Shown: in pieces, positions 23,601-37,296 of the stretch
Layout: each line of letters opens with the position of its first letter
Numbering within the stretch: the stretch's first letter is position 1
Assembly (NCBI GenBank): GCA_038087875.1
Contig: CM075987.1
Span: 16,742,001 to 16,806,000 of the forward strand
DNA: 64,000 nucleotides
Direction of reading: 5' to 3'
Source: Malacoraja senta
Taxonomy: Eukaryota
Translations under genes and position numbers: made by a program
Notes under the pieces: model-generated
The model's database searches: none
Told to the model about the DNA's origin: nothing
Seen by the model: only the letters and a program-made list of their open reading frames with translations

Positions 23601-26600
23601 CAAAATAGGTGCAGGAGTAGGCCATTCGGCCCTTCGAGCCTGCACCGCCATTCATATGATCGTGGCTGATCATCCAACTCAGTATCCCATACCTGCCTTC
23701 TCTCCATACCCCCTGATCCCTTTAGCCACAAGGGCCACATCTAACTCCCTCTTAAATATAGCCAATGAACTAGCCTCAACTACCCTCTGTGGCAGAGATT
23801 GTTCCAGAGATTCACCACTCTCTGTGTGAAAAAGTTTTTCCTCATCTCGGTCTTAAAGGATTTCCCCTTATCCTTAAGCTGTGACCCCTTGTCCTGGACT
23901 TCCCCAACATCGGGAACAATCTTCCTGCATTTAGGCCTGTCCAACCCCATAAGAATTTTGTACGTTTCTATAAGATCACCTCTCAATCTCCTAAATTCTA
24001 GCGAGTATAAGCCAAGTCTATCCAGTCTTTCTTCATATGAAAGTCCTGACATCCCAGGAATCAGTCTGGTGAACCTTCTCTGCACTCCCTCTATGGCTAT
24101 AATGTCCTTCCTCAGATTTGGAGACCAAAACTGTACGCAATACTCCAGGTGTGGTCTCACCAAGACCCTGTACAACTGCAGTAGAACCTCCCTGCTCCTA
24201 TACTCCAATCCTCTTCCTATGAAGGCCAACATACCATTCGCTTTCTTCACTGCCTGCTGCACCTGCATGCCTACTTTCAATGACTGGTGTACCATGACAC
24301 CCAGGTCTCGCTGCAATCTCCCCATTTCCTAATCGGACACCATTTAGTTAATAGTCTGCCTTCCCCGTTTTTTGCCACCAAAGTGGATAACCTCACATTT
24401 ATCCACATTATACTGCATCTGCCAACATTTGCCACTCACCCAGCCTATCCAAGTCACCTTGCAGTCTCCTAGCATCCTCCTCACAGCTAACACTGCCCCC
24501 CAGCTTAGTGTCATCCGCAAACTTGGAGATGTTGCTTTCAATTCCCTCATCCAGTTCATTAATATAAATTGTAAATAGCTGGGGTCCCAGCACTGAGCCT
24601 TGCGGTACCCCACTAGTCACTGCCTGCCATTGTGAAAAGGACCCGTTTACTCCTACTCTTTGCTTCCTGTTTGCCAGCCAGTTCTCTATCCACATCAATA
24701 CTGAATCCCCAATACCGTGTGATTTAAGTTTGTATCTAATCTCTTATGTGGTACCTTGTCGAAAGCCTTCTGAAAGTCCAGATGCAACACATCCACTGGT
24801 TCTCCCCTATCCACTCTACTAGTTACATCCTCGAAAAATTCTATAAGATTCGCACGATTTTACCTTTCGTAAATCCATGCTGACTTTGTCCAATGATTTC
24901 ACCACTTTCCAAATGTGCTGCTATCCCATCTTTAATAACTGACTAGCAGTTTCCCCACTACCGATGTTAGACTAACTGGTCTGTAATTCCCCGTTTTCTC
25001 TCTCCCTCCCTTCTTAAAAAGTGGGGTTACGTTTGCTACCTTCCAATCCTCAGGAACTACTCCAGAATCTAAAGAGTTTTGAAAAATTATCACTAATGCA
25101 TCCACTATTTCTGGAGCTACTTCCTTAAGTACTCTGGGATGCAGCCTATCTGGCCCTGGTGATTTATCGGCCTTTAATCCATTCAATTTACCCAACACCA
25201 CTTCCCGACTAACCTGGATTTCACTCAGTTCCTCCATCTCCTTTGACCCGCGGTCCCCTGCTATTTCCGGCAGATTATTTATGTTTTCCTTAGCGAAGAC
25301 GGAACCAAAGTAGTTATTCAATTGGTCCACCATATCCTTGTTCCCCATGATCAATTCACCTGTTTCTGACTGCAAGGGACCTACATTTGTTTTAACTAAT
25401 CTCTTTCTCTTCACATATCTATAAAAACTTTTGCAGTCAGTTTTTATGTTCCCTGCCAGTTTCCTTTCATAATCTATTTTCCCTTTCCTAATTAAGCCCT
25501 TTGTCCTCCTCTGCTGGTCTCTGAATTTCTCCCAGTCCTCTGGTATGCTGCTTTTTCTGGCTAATTTGTACGCATCATCTTTTGCTTTGATACTATCCCT
25601 GATTTCCCTTGTTATCCACGGATGCACTACCTTCCCTGATTTATTCTTTTGCCAAACTGGGATGAACAATTTTTGTAGTTCATCCATGCAGTCTTTAAAT
25701 GCCTTCCATTGCATATCCACCGTCAACCCTTTTAGAACTAATTGCCAGTCAATCTTGGCCAATTCACGTCTCATACCCTCAAAGTTACCTTTCTTTAATT
25801 TCAGAACCGTTGTTTCTGAATTAACAATGTCACTCTCCATCCTAATGAAGAACTCAACCATATTATGGTCACTCTTGCCCAAGGGGGCACGCACAACAAG
25901 ACTGCTAACTAACCCTTCCTCATTACTCAATACCCAGTCTAGAATAGCCTGCTCTCTCGTTGGTTCCTCTACATGTTGGTTTAGATAACTATCCCGCATA
26001 CATTCCAAGAAATCCTCTTCCTCAGCACCCCTGCCAATTTGATTCACCCAATCTATATGTGGATTGAAGTCACCCATTATAACTGTTTTGCCTTTGTTGC
26101 ACGCATTTCTTGTTGCACGCATTTCTAATTTCCTGTTTGATGCCATCCCCAACTTCACTACTACTGCTAGGTGGCCTGTACACAACACCCACCAGCGTTT
26201 CTGCCCCTTAGTGTTTCGCAGCTCTAACCATACCGATTCCACATCCTCCAAGCTAATGTCCTTCCTTTCCACTGCGTTAATCTCCTCTCTAACCAGCAAC
26301 GCTACCCCACCTCCTTTTCCTTTCTCTCTATCCCTCCTGAATATTGAATATCCCTGGATGTTCAGCTCCCAGCCTTGGTCACCCTGGAGCCATGTCTCCG
26401 TGATCCCAACTATATCATAATCATTAATTGCTATCTGCACGTTCAACTCATCCACCTTATTACGAATGCTCCTTGCATTGAGACAGAAAGCCTTCAGGCT
26501 TGTTTTTACAACGCTCTTACCCCTTATACAAATATGTTGAAAAGTGGCCCTTTTCGATTTTTGCCCTGGATTTGTCTGCCTGCCACTTTTACTTTTCACC

Positions 26601-26789
26601 TTGCTACCTATTGCTTCCGCCCGCATTTTACACCCCTCTGTTTCTCTGCTCACCCATTTAAGAACCCCACCACCTCTTATTCTCTGTTTATTATTGTTTT
26701 TTTCTTTCCCCCCTACATGTTGGGTCTGAGTGCTTTCCTTCTCTGCCTCCTGCCTCACACACTGTCTAATAGCATTCTCTATTTGAGTC
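23600..26789 (-). mobile_element. Young CR1 LINE spanning all of ORF2 (APE endonuclease plus RT), many small indels
   Basis: ORF 24932-26758 has NARSI, GITETW, MGDFN, SDH, then RT pieces at 24408-24698 and 23780-24325. Confidence 0.95.
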
Positions 26790-27832
26790 TATTAATGTGC
26801 TGGGGCATATCAGAGATGTTCAGGCCCAGGAACTTAAAGCTGTTCACTCTCTGCGCCTGAATGCCGCAGAGAAGAGGTACATGATCCCTCAACTTTCCCT
26901 TTCTGATGTCACCAGTCAGCCCTTTGGTCTTGCTGATGTTGAGAACAACACTGTTCTGGCACCACTGCCACCTTCATCAAAACTGGGAAAGAGAAAACAA
27001 GTTGCATTAAGGTACAGACATTGGTGAGGATGGACAGGTGATGCCAGGGTTACTGCAGTAATATGTTTATGAAACAATCTTGTTCATTTATTAATGAGGG
27101 CCATTGTGGAGATAGTGAATCAGCTCTCTACTCATTCTGCTGCCACCCATTGACACAAGGGATAGTTAGAGTAGTTATTGAAGCTACCAGCACGTCATGG
27201 GATGTGGAAGGAAAACCGAGCACCAGTGGGAAACCCTCATAGTCACAAGGAGAATGCGCAAACTCCCATATCATCAGTACTGAAGGCGAGGATTGAGTCT
27301 GGGTTGCTGGGTGACAATAACTGTGCCCATATAGCCTCACCCTGTCAAAGATATTCCTTGTGCCCTATCCATCCATTCGCTCTCCTCTCAGTAAGTTGAA
27401 AAATTTAAAAGCCAAACATGCTGGAAATCTGAAATAAATAAAAATTACTCAGCAGGTTATGCAGCATCTGTTGGAAGAGAAACAGAAATCAATATTTTAA
27501 GCTTAAACTCAATTTCCAATTTTGATGTGGGGTCTTGACCTGAAACATTGTTTTGCATTTCTCAGAGCTGCCTTTAGCCTCATTGGTTTGTACCATTGTT
27601 TTTTTAGTGTTAGGGATTGTGTCAAATTCCCAGTCCTTAGAGCCCCATGAATGTCTATTATTATAGACTTTTTTTAAGTGATTTCTACTGTGAAGGTCGA
27701 TCCCAAATAATTATTTAGAAACTTTGATTGTGTTGGAGGCTTAAGGGAGACCTGTTAAAAATATATAAAATAATGAGAGACATAGACTGGATAGAAAATC
27801 TGAACCTTTTTCCCAGGGTAGAAATGCTAAAG

Positions 27833-28122
27833 ACACGGTGGCGAGGTACAGTTGCTGCCTTACAGCGCCAGAGACCTGACTACGAGGTGCTATCTGTACA
27901 GAGTTAGTTTGTTCTCACCATGATTGTGTGGGTTTCCCCAGGAGCTCCGGTTTCCTCCCACATTTCAAAGACGTTCAGGATTGTAGGTTATTTGGTTTGG
28001 TTAAAAATGGTAAATTGTCCGCAATGTGCTTATGTTAGTGGTAATGTGTGGGGATCGCTTGTCGGCACAGACTCAGTGGGCCGAAGTGCCTGTTTCCGTG
28101 CTGTATCTTCAAACTAAACTAA
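27833..28122 (+). mobile_element. V-domain (HE1-like) SINE
   Basis: Homologous to 12570-12845; (CTAAA) tail. Confidence 0.7.
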
Positions 28123-28526
28123 AGGACATACCTTAAAGGTGAGAAGAGCAAAGTTTAAAAGAGATGTGCAGGGGCAAGTTTAACACAAGTGAAACTTGGG
28201 GCAAGTGAAGGCAGATACAGTAGTGGCTTTTAGATAGGCACATTTAAGAGGCTTTTAGATAGGCACTGATATACATGTGATGCATATGATCAAGTACAGA
28301 GATTAGTAAACTTGGCATCATGTGCCTGTGCCTGTCCAATTCTAGGTTCTCAATTATTTCTCTTTTTCTGATCATTAATTATCTCAAAGATGCTAATGTT
28401 TACTTCAGCTAAACATTTCTTTTGTAGATAGAGTTGAAGCTCATCCTATTTGTCTTTATATAGTTTCCTGACATTTCCCAAGACATTATCAGTCACTGTT
28501 AATGAAGGCTTCTTTTTCCTGAACAG

Positions 28527-28603
28527 AGCAACTATACTGATGAACTTGAAATCTTGGTGGAAATAGAAGAACATTATTTAACCCTGGACCTCCAAAGAAA
28601 TCA
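28527..28603 (+). CDS. ADAM metalloprotease (ADAM15-like) prodomain exon A (SNYTDELEILVEIEEHYLTLDLQRN)
   Basis: TCTTTTTCCTGAACAG| acceptor, CA|GTGAGT donor; 77 nt, phase 0 to 2. L.L.L.RN motif of the reprolysin propeptide. Confidence 0.8.
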
Positions 28604-28684
28604 GTGAGTAAAGAGATGTCTGGTCTATATCTGCAACATTTTGTGCCTGACAACAGAAATTTCGATCCTGCCTCAACTTTTAAG

Positions 28685-29615
28685 TTATAAGGTCATAAGG
28701 GATTGGAGTAGATTTAGGCCATTCGGCCCATCAAGCCTACTCTGCCATTCAATCATGGCTGATCTATCTCTCTCTCTCCTATCCCCAATTCTGCCTTCTC
28801 CCCATTACCTCTGACACGTGTACTAATCAAGAATCTATCTCTGCCTTAAAAATATCCACTGACGGTTTCCACAGCCTTCTGTGGCAATGAATTCCACAGA
28901 TTTACCACCCTGTGACTAAAGACATTTCTCCTCATCTCCGTCTTAAAAGAACGTTCTTTAATTCTGTGGCTATGACATCTAGTCCTAGACTTTCCCACTA
29001 CTGGAAACATCCTCTCCACATCCACTCTATCCAAGCCTTTCACTATTCTGTATGTTTCAATGAGGTCCCCTCCTCATTCTTCTAAACTTAGGTGAATACA
29101 ATAGACAATAGGTGCAGGAGTAGGCCAATCGGCCCTTCGAGCCAGCACCGCCATTCAATGTGATCATGGCTGATCATCCACAATCAGTAACCCGTTCCTG
29201 TCTTCTCACCATATCCCTTGACTCCGCTATCTTTAAGAGCTCTATCTAACTCTCTCTTGAAAGCATCCAGAGAATTGGCCTCCACTGCTTTCTGAGGCAG
29301 AGAATTCCACAAATTCACAATCTGTGTGAAAAAGTTTTTCCTTGTCTCAGTTCTAAATGGCCTACCCCTTATTCTTAAACTGTGGCCCCTGGTTCTGGAC
29401 TCCCCCAACATCAGGAACATGTTTCCTGCATCTAGCGTGTCCAATCCCTTAATAATTGTATATGTTTCTATAAGATAGCCTCTCATCCTTCTAAATTCCA
29501 GTGAATACAAGCCCAGTTGCTTCATTCTTTCATATGACAGTCCCGCCATCCTGGGAATTAACCTCATGAACCTACGCTGCACTTCCTCAATAGCAAGAAT
29601 GTCCTTCCTCAAATT
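28685..29615 (-). mobile_element. Two stacked CR1 3' fragments
   Basis: ORFs 28846-29043 and 29184-29642 with separate 3' UTRs and tails. Confidence 0.85.
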
Positions 29616-30539
29616 AGAGGGATATGGGCCTATTGCAGGCAAATGGAACTAATTTGAGTAGGTACCTTGGTCAACATGGGCAAGTTGGGCTGAATGTCCT
29701 GTTTCCATGCAGCATAACTCCATGACTATGGGAGGCATTGATAGATAGATTAGTCAGTCCTTTCTTCAGAGGAAATTGTTTTAAGGTGAGAGCAAAAAGG
29801 TTAAAGTAGATTTACAAGACAATTGTTTTACATGGAGAGTGGTACATGATGTCAGGAACACACTACCAGGGTATGTGGGGATATCAGATACAATAGCAAT
29901 GCTTCAGAGGCATTTAGATATACATGCAAACAGGCAGAGAATAGCAGGATATCGACCATGTATAAGCAGTTGGGATCAGGATTGGCATCATTGGCACAGA
30001 TCATGTGGGTCAAAGTGCCTATTCCTGTGTGGTTTTGTTTTATATTCTAATAGCTGACTGAAATGCATAGAGCTCGGCATGATAGGGATAGAACTGGCAT
30101 TTGTACTAGCTGCTATCTCTGGAACCAAGGCTCACAATCTCAAAAGGACAGGGATTCGGGAGGATGATGAATATTTTGAGTACTCTACCAAAGGGGCTGA
30201 AGTGACTCAGTCACTGAGTAGGTTTAAGACAGATTGATAGAATTAGAAATATTAAGGGAACCAGGAATTATTACAGGAAAGATTAGCTGTGATCTTTATT
30301 GAAAGGTGAAGCAGTTTGAGGGGCTGAGTGACGTACTCCTGCTTCTCTTTCTTAGGTTCTCATGAAACAAAAGAATACAATAGAATTTAACTTTGTGATC
30401 AGGTAATTTAATTCCACGTTGTTCTGTCTTTTAATAAAGAAGTAACTTCTTCTTATGAAACATATAAGATGCATTCAATGGGAAGCACATTGAGGAAGCA
30501 GACTAAGCTGTCTCATATTGTAAAGAAGGAAACTGGGTG

Positions 30540-31795
30540 GAGCCAGCAATGGCTGTCTCGCCAACAGTCTGTCTGTCCCTTCGTCCTTTGTTATTTAATA
30601 GTATGTGTTAAATGTATGTTTTAGTGTTCTTTAGCTTGTTTTATATGGGGGGGTCGGGGGGTGTTAGGGGAAACTTTAAAAAAAACTCTTACCTCGACGG
30701 AGATACGATTTTTTTCGGTATCGTTTCATCGTGGAGTTGGCAGCCTCTGCTGGAGACCGACTTCGGGAGCTCCAACTGCGGGAGCCTGCAAGACTTACCA
30801 TTACGGTGCTTGCGATCATTGTCGGGGACCGACCATGGAGCTCCAACCGCGGGAGCCTGTGGACTTCAACATCGTGGAGTTCGCTGTCCCTGGTTATAGA
30901 CCGACTTCGGGAGCTCCAAGCCGCAGGAGCTTCGACCGCCCCGACAGATGATTCGACTGCCCCGACCGCGGGAGAATAAAGAGAGAAGAAGATTAGACTT
31001 TATTGTCTTAATGGCATGTTGGCCTTCATAACAAGAGGAGTTGAGTATAGGAGCACAGAGGTCCTTCTACAGTTGTACAGGGCCCTAGTGAGAGCACACC
31101 TGGAGTATTGTGTGCAGTTTTGGTCTCCAAATTTGAGGAAGGACATTCTTGCTATTGAGGGAGTGCAGCGTAGGTTCACGAGGTTAATTCCCGGGATGGT
31201 GGGACTGTCATATGTTGAAGAATGGAGTGAATGGGCTTGTATACACTGGAATTTATAAGGATGAGAGGGGATCTTATTGAAACATATAAGATTATTAAGG
31301 GATTGGACATGCTAGAGGAGGAAACATGTTCCCGATGTTGGGGGAGTCCAGAACCAGGGGCCACAGTTTAAGAATAAGGGGTAAGCCATTTAGAACAGAG
31401 ATGAGGAGCAACGTTTCACCCAGAGAGTTGTGAATCTGTAGCATTCTCTGCCTCAGAAGGCAGTGGAGGCCATTATCTGGATGCTTTCAAGAGAGAGTTA
31501 GAGCTCTTAAAGATAGCGGAGTCAAGGGATATGGTGAGAAGGCAGGAACGGGGTACTGATTGTGGATGATCAGCCATGATCACATTGAATGGCGGTGCTG
31601 GCTCGAAGGGCCAAATGGCCTACTCCTGCACCTATTGTCTATTGTCTTCCATCACATTGAGAGATGTGGAATCCGCTGTGGTGGATGTTTATGTTAACTT
31701 TTATGTAGTTGTGTGTCTTGCTTTTTTTTTGTATGGCTGTATGGTAATTGGAATATTGGTACACGTGACAATAAAGACCTTTGAAACCTTTGAAT
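30540..31795 (+). mobile_element. CpG-rich non-autonomous retroposon, split by a CR1 (31010-31647)
   Basis: Homologous to 34045-34855, 38750-39570 and 39725-40475; TATTGTCTT flanks both sides of the CR1. Confidence 0.65.
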
Positions 31796-31859
31796 GGAAA
31801 TCAATGGTTAAAATGGCTGAAGGGCTTGCTTGCATAAAATCCACCTGTTTCGTTAACAG

Positions 31860-31938
31860 GTTCCTCATTCCAGAAACGTTTCAGGTATCGTACTATGATG
31901 CTAATGGAACTTTGGCAACGGAAGAAAACAGCACCTTG
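31860..31938 (+). CDS. ADAM prodomain exon B (QFLIPETFQVSYYDANGTLATEENSTL)
   Basis: GTTAACAG| acceptor, TTG|GTGAGA donor; 79 nt, phase 2 to 0. F...YY..NGT motif typical of ADAM prodomains. Confidence 0.85.
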
Positions 31939-32176
31939 GTGAGATAATACATTTAATTAAAACCAAAGTTTTAGTTGGTTTTCCCTTGTTAGACTGTGAG
32001 GAGGTTGCATATTTAATGATTATAAACAAACTTTGAAACTATTAATTGTTTTAATATTACATTTAAAAAAATCTAAATTCCAGCAAATTCAAGCAAATTG
32101 TTACCCTTGTGTGTGAACTGTTTTCATTTATTTTAAATGTTTAACTGCTACTGAAAGCAGCACTTCCTTTTATGAA

Positions 32177-32812
32177 TAGACAATAGGTGCAGGAGTAGGC
32201 CATTCGACCCTTCGAGCCAGCACCATGGCTGATCATCTCCAATCAGTACCCCGTTCCTGCCTTCTCCCATATCCCCTGACTCCACTATTTTAAGAGCCTA
32301 TCTAGCTCTCTCTTGAAAGCATCCAGAGATCCTGCCTCCACCGCCCTCTGAGGCAGAGAATTCCACAGACTCACCACTCTCTGTGAGAAAAAGTGTTTCC
32401 TCGTCTCCGTTCTAAATGGCTTACTCCTTATTCTTAAACTGTGGCCCCTGGTCTGGACTCCCCCAACATCGGGAGCATGTTTCCTGCCTCTAGCGTGTCC
32501 AAACCCTTAACAATCTTATATGTTTCAATGAGATACCCTCTCATCCTTCTAAACTCCAGAGTGTACAAGCCCAGCTGCTCCATTCTCTCAGCATATGACA
32601 GTCCCGCCATCACGGGAATTAACCTTGTAATCCTACGCTGCACTCCCTCAATAGCAAGAATGTCCTTCCTCAAATTAGGGGACCAAAACTGCACACAATA
32701 CTCCAGGTGTGGTCTCACTAGGGCTCTGTACAACTGCAGAAGGACCTCTTTGCTCTTATATTCGATTCCTCTTGTTATAAAGGCCAACATGCCATTCGCT
32801 TTTCTTCACTGC
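32177..32812 (-). mobile_element. CR1 3' fragment
   Basis: ORF 32434-32790 plus UTR and TATTGTC tail. Confidence 0.88.
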
Positions 32813-33084
32813 CTGTGAAGAATTTGTTTTTCTCGAATAGAAGGTTAGATCGCATGGGATCCAAAGTAAGATAGCTGAATCGATAGAAAATTGGCTTCAT
32901 GGAAGGAAGCAGAGGATGATGGTGGAAGGTTGTTTTTTTGACTGATGACCTATGACTAGAAGTGTGCCTCAAGGTTCGGAACTGGTCCCATTGCTGTATC
33001 ATCTACAGTATATCAATGATTTGGATGAAAACATGCAAGGCAGATGACACAAAAGTGGGTGGTATTGTAGGTAGTGAATCTGGT

Positions 33085-33502
33085 TGGTAGACACAAAATG
33101 CTGGGGTAACCCAGTAAGGCAGCATCCCTGGGGATAAGGAATGGGTGGCGTTTTGGGTTGAAGCCCTTCTTCAGACTGATGTCAGGGGAGCGGGTGGGGC
33201 AGAGATAGAATGCGGTCGGACACAGTACGACTGGTGGGAGAACTGGAAAGGGGGAGGGGATGTAGAGAGAGGGAAAGCAAGGGCTATTTGAAGTTAGTGA
33301 AGTCAATGTTCATACCGCTGGGATGTAAGCTACCCAATCCAAATTTTTGCCTCATTCTGACAATGGAGGAGGCCAAGGACAAAAAAGGTCAGATTGGGAA
33401 TGGGAGGGGGAGTTAATGTGCTGAGCAACCGGGAGATCAGGTAGGTTAAGGCGGACTGAGTGGAGGTGTTCAGCGAAACGATCGCCGAGCCTGCGCTTGG
33501 TC
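33085..33502 (-). mobile_element. Penelope-like 3' fragment
   Basis: KRRLGDRFAEH-like sequence and terminal repeat on the minus strand. Confidence 0.7.
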
Positions 33503-34044
33503 TTTTTACCAAGTGAAGATGGTTGTCAAAAATTGCAGCAGGATCTTAATTGGAGAGTCTTTGAGAGTCTTTTGCCCAGAGTAGGAGAATTGAGAACCAG
33601 TAAGACATAGGTTTAAGGTGAGGGCTGAAAGATTTAATAGTAACCTGTGGGGTAAATTTTATACACAAAGAGTGGTGGGTGTATGAATTGAGCTGCCAGT
33701 GGAGGTAGTGAAGGCAGGTACTGTCGCAACGTTTAAGTAACATTTAGATCGGCAAATGGTAGGGTAGGTTGATAGTGCAGTGACTAGTGGGGTGCGCAAG
33801 GTTCAGTGTTGGGACTCAGTTATTTACAATATATATTTACGATTTAGACAAAAGTAACAAAAGATGTAACATCTCCAAGTTTGTGGATGACACGAAGCTG
33901 GGTGGCAGTGTGAGCTGCGAGGAGCATGCTATAAGGCTGCAGGGTGACTTGGACAGGTTGGGTGAGTGGGCAGATGTATGGCAGATGCAGTAAAATGTGG
34001 ATAAATGTGAGGTTATCCACTTTGGGGGCAAGAACAAGAATCAA

Positions 34045-34855
34045 TCAAATCAATTCAAATTCAATTTTATTGTCATTGCACTTTTCAGTGCAACAAAATG
34101 GTTTAGCTGCAGTCATAACATAGAATAAATAACAAAACACACACTCAACACAGTTTAACATCCACCACAGTGAGTCCACCAGGCACCTCCTCACTGTGAT
34201 GGAAGACAAAAAGTCCCAAAGTCCTTGTCTCTTCCCTCCTTGCTCTCCCTCTGGGCTGAGGTGATCCAGGCCTCCGATGTTGTGACCCCGCCGGGTGATG
34301 GTAAGCAAGTCCCGCGGCAGAATCCGAGCTCCGCGAACGGGCCGGTTCAAACTCCGCGGCCCGGGGCGGTCGAAGCTGCCGAAGTTGCCGCCCTCCAGTC
34401 CAGCGGACAAAGCTGTTGTTGCGGGAGCTCCGGAAAACAGGTCACCAACCTGTGACCTGCGAGCTCCCGACGATGTCGTCCACTGGCCCGCGGCCGAGCC
34501 TCCGAGGCTCCGAAGTCGGGTCGGAAGTCGGTCGCAACACCACCACAGCCCCGAAGTCGGCCAGCCTCGCGTTGGTAAGTCCTGGCTCTGCCTCCGGAGC
34601 CCGAGCTCGGTCCCAGTTGGAGGCCGCCAGCTCCGCGATAGGGCCTCAGCGCAGACGGAGACGGGGGATACGGCAAGAAAGGTCACATCCCCCCGAAGGA
34701 AGAGTCAAAAAACATGTTTCTCCCCCCCCCGCCACAAATACACAACTAAAGTAAACCGAAATAAACTGTAACAACGGGACAAAAGAAAACAAAAAAAGAA
34801 TAGACAAACGGACTGCAGGCGAGCCGCAGCTGCAAGGCAGCGCCGCCACTTCCGG
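34045..34855 (-). mobile_element. CpG-rich non-autonomous retroposon
   Basis: 5' GGAAGTGGCGGCGC; 3' hairpin CCATCACAGTGAG...CACTGTGGTGG; AATAAA; (TTGAAT)-like tail. Confidence 0.65.
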
Positions 34856-36240
34856 TAGGTTATTATCTGAATGTAGACATAGAGTAGACATAAAATGCTG
34901 GAGTAACTCAGCGGGACAGGCAGCATCTCTGGAGAGAAGGAATGGGTGACGTTTCGGGTCAAGACCCTTCTTCAGACATTATCTGAATGGTTATCTGAAA
35001 GGGATTGGACAGGCTAGAAGCAGGAAATATGTGTCCGATGTTAGGGGAGTCCAGAACCAGGGATCACAGTTTAAGAATAAGTGGTTGGCCATTTAGAACT
35101 GAGATGAGGAAAAATGTTTTCATCCAGAGTGTTGTGAATCTGTGGAATTCTCTGCCACAGAGGCCAGTGGATGCCAATTCACTGGATGATTTCAAGAAAA
35201 AGTTAGATATTGCTCTTTGGGCTAACAAAATCTAGGGATATGGGGAGAAAGCAAGAACATGGTACTGATTTTGGATGATCAGCCCTGATCATATTGAATT
35301 GTGGTGCTGGCTCGAAGGTCTGAATGGCCTACTCCTGCACCTAACTTCTGTGTTTCTATATAGGGATATGGGCTAAATGGAGGCAGGTGTGACTAGTGTA
35401 GATGGGGCAGCTTGGTTGATGTGGGCAAGGTAAGCTGAAGGGCTGTTTCCACGCTGTGTGACTCAATGACTAGTGACATCCATAATACCAGAACAGAGCC
35501 AGCAAAATTGAAAATAGCAGGTGAATAAGTCGTAGACATAAGGATACAAAGTGCTGGAGTAAATCAGTGTATCTGGCAGCATCTTTGGAGAACATGAATA
35601 AGCAATGCTTTAGTTTGGGATCTTTCTTCGGGCTGATTATAGCCTGGGGAAAGAAAGCTGGAGGTGGCGTTGGAGGTTGGTTGGACAAAGGACAAAGGTT
35701 GGTTGGACAAAGGTGATGAGGGAGGTTGGTTGGACAAAGGCCAGAGATGAAAAGACAAAGATAGAGGAGAAAAGCAAAGTGAAATGTGAAGCCAAAGTAA
35801 AGGATGTAGGTGAAAGGGGATGTGGGGGGGGGGGGGGGGTGGTGAAGGGGGGGAAGAATGGTGGGAAGTGGGTGCACATCCAGGTGAGGAGGAGGGCGAG
35901 ATGGGGGATGGGAAATCAGCATATGCAGTTCCTTGTTTCTACTTGGAGCTAATACTCTTCAAATCCTGCACCATCCCATATTTCATTACCTCACACTTAG
36001 ACTAATGCAGCACGGAAACGGGCCCTTCAGCCCAACTTGTCCATGATGACCAAGATGCCCATTTTGGGCATTTGCCTACATTTAGCCCATATCCTTGCAA
36101 ATGTTTCCTATCCATGTACCTGTCCAAGTGTCTTAAATGTTGTTATTGTATCTGTCTTAATTACCTTCTCTGGCAGTTTGTTCCATACACCCACCATCCT
36201 CCTTGTGAAAACATTTCACCTCAGGTTCCTATTTAATCTT

Positions 36241-36446
36241 AGGTAGACAAAATTGCTGGAGAAATTCAGCGGGTGCGGCAGCATCTATGGAGTGAAGGAA
36301 ATAGGCAACATTTCAGTCTGAAGAAGGGTTTCGGCCCGAAACATTGCCTATTTCCTTCGCTCCATGGATGCTGCTGCACCCACTGAGTTTCTCCAGCAAT
36401 TTTGTCTACCTTCGATTCTCTAGCATTTGAAGTTCCTTCTTGAACA
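36241..36446 (+). mobile_element. 206-bp fold-back Penelope-derived element with 14-bp TSD
   Basis: TCCTATTTAATCTT at 36227-36240 and 36447-36460; inverted arms around CTGAAGAAGGGTTTCGGCCCGAAAC. Confidence 0.85.
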
Positions 36447-37158
36447 TCCTATTTAATCTTTTTCCTTATCGCCTTAAACATCTTGTACAATTGTAACATA
36501 ACATCCCAACTTCTATATTCAATTCCCTAACTGGTGAAGGCTAATGTACCAAAAGCCTTCTTTACAATCCTATCCACCAATGCCGCCAGTTTCAGGGAAT
36601 GGTACACCTGTACTCCTAGATACTTTGCAGGGCCTGCCATTCACTGAAGGTCCTGCTCTGGTTTGACTTCCCAAAATGCAAAACCTCACATTAAACTACA
36701 TTAGCCATTCTTCAGCCCACTTACGCAACTAATGAAGATCTTGCTGTAATTTTTGATAACTAGCTTTTCGACAATACCACCCACTTTAGTGTCATCTGCA
36801 AACTTACTAATCATGTCTTGTACATTCTCATCCAAATCATAGATATAAACCACTAACAACAATGGGCCCAGCACTGATCCCTGATGCACACCACTAGTCA
36901 CGGGCCTTCAGCTCACTTGATCAGATTAAACTCTTTCTGCCATTACTCCACCTACGATAACTATTCAAAATCCCATTGTATGCCTTGACAGCATTCTTCA
37001 CTGCCCGCAACTCCATGAATTTTGATGTAATTTGCACCAACTTACTTACCAACTTAATTACATATATTTCCAAGTCGTTTATATATATCACCATTAACAA
37101 GTCCCAACATAGATCCGTGGGGAACTCCACTGGTCACAGACTTCAGTCTGAATATTGT

Positions 37159-37296
37159 TTAAGAAGGAACTGCAGATGCTGGAAAATCGAAGGTAGACAA
37201 CAGTCTGAAGAAGGGTTTCGGCCCAAAACTTTGCCTATTTCCTTCGCTCCATAGATGCTGCTGCACCTGCTGAGTTTCTCCAGCACTTTTAACTAC
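37159..37296 (+). mobile_element. Short Penelope-derived element with 18-bp flanking duplication
   Basis: CTTCAGTCTGAATATTGT at 37141-37158 and 37297-37314. Confidence 0.78.

Noticed and set aside
23047..23740. LSISLSLY-repeat ORFs resembling membrane proteins
   Set aside because: Translations of the octamer microsatellite.
28527..28603. Possible CFAP157 exon 7 (ends LQRN)
   Set aside because: It joins in phase to three unambiguous ADAM prodomain exons and fits the ADAM motif better.
34045..34962. Multiple overlapping GC-rich ORFs
   Set aside because: Stop-poor GC-rich repeat; frames are not conserved among the four family copies.
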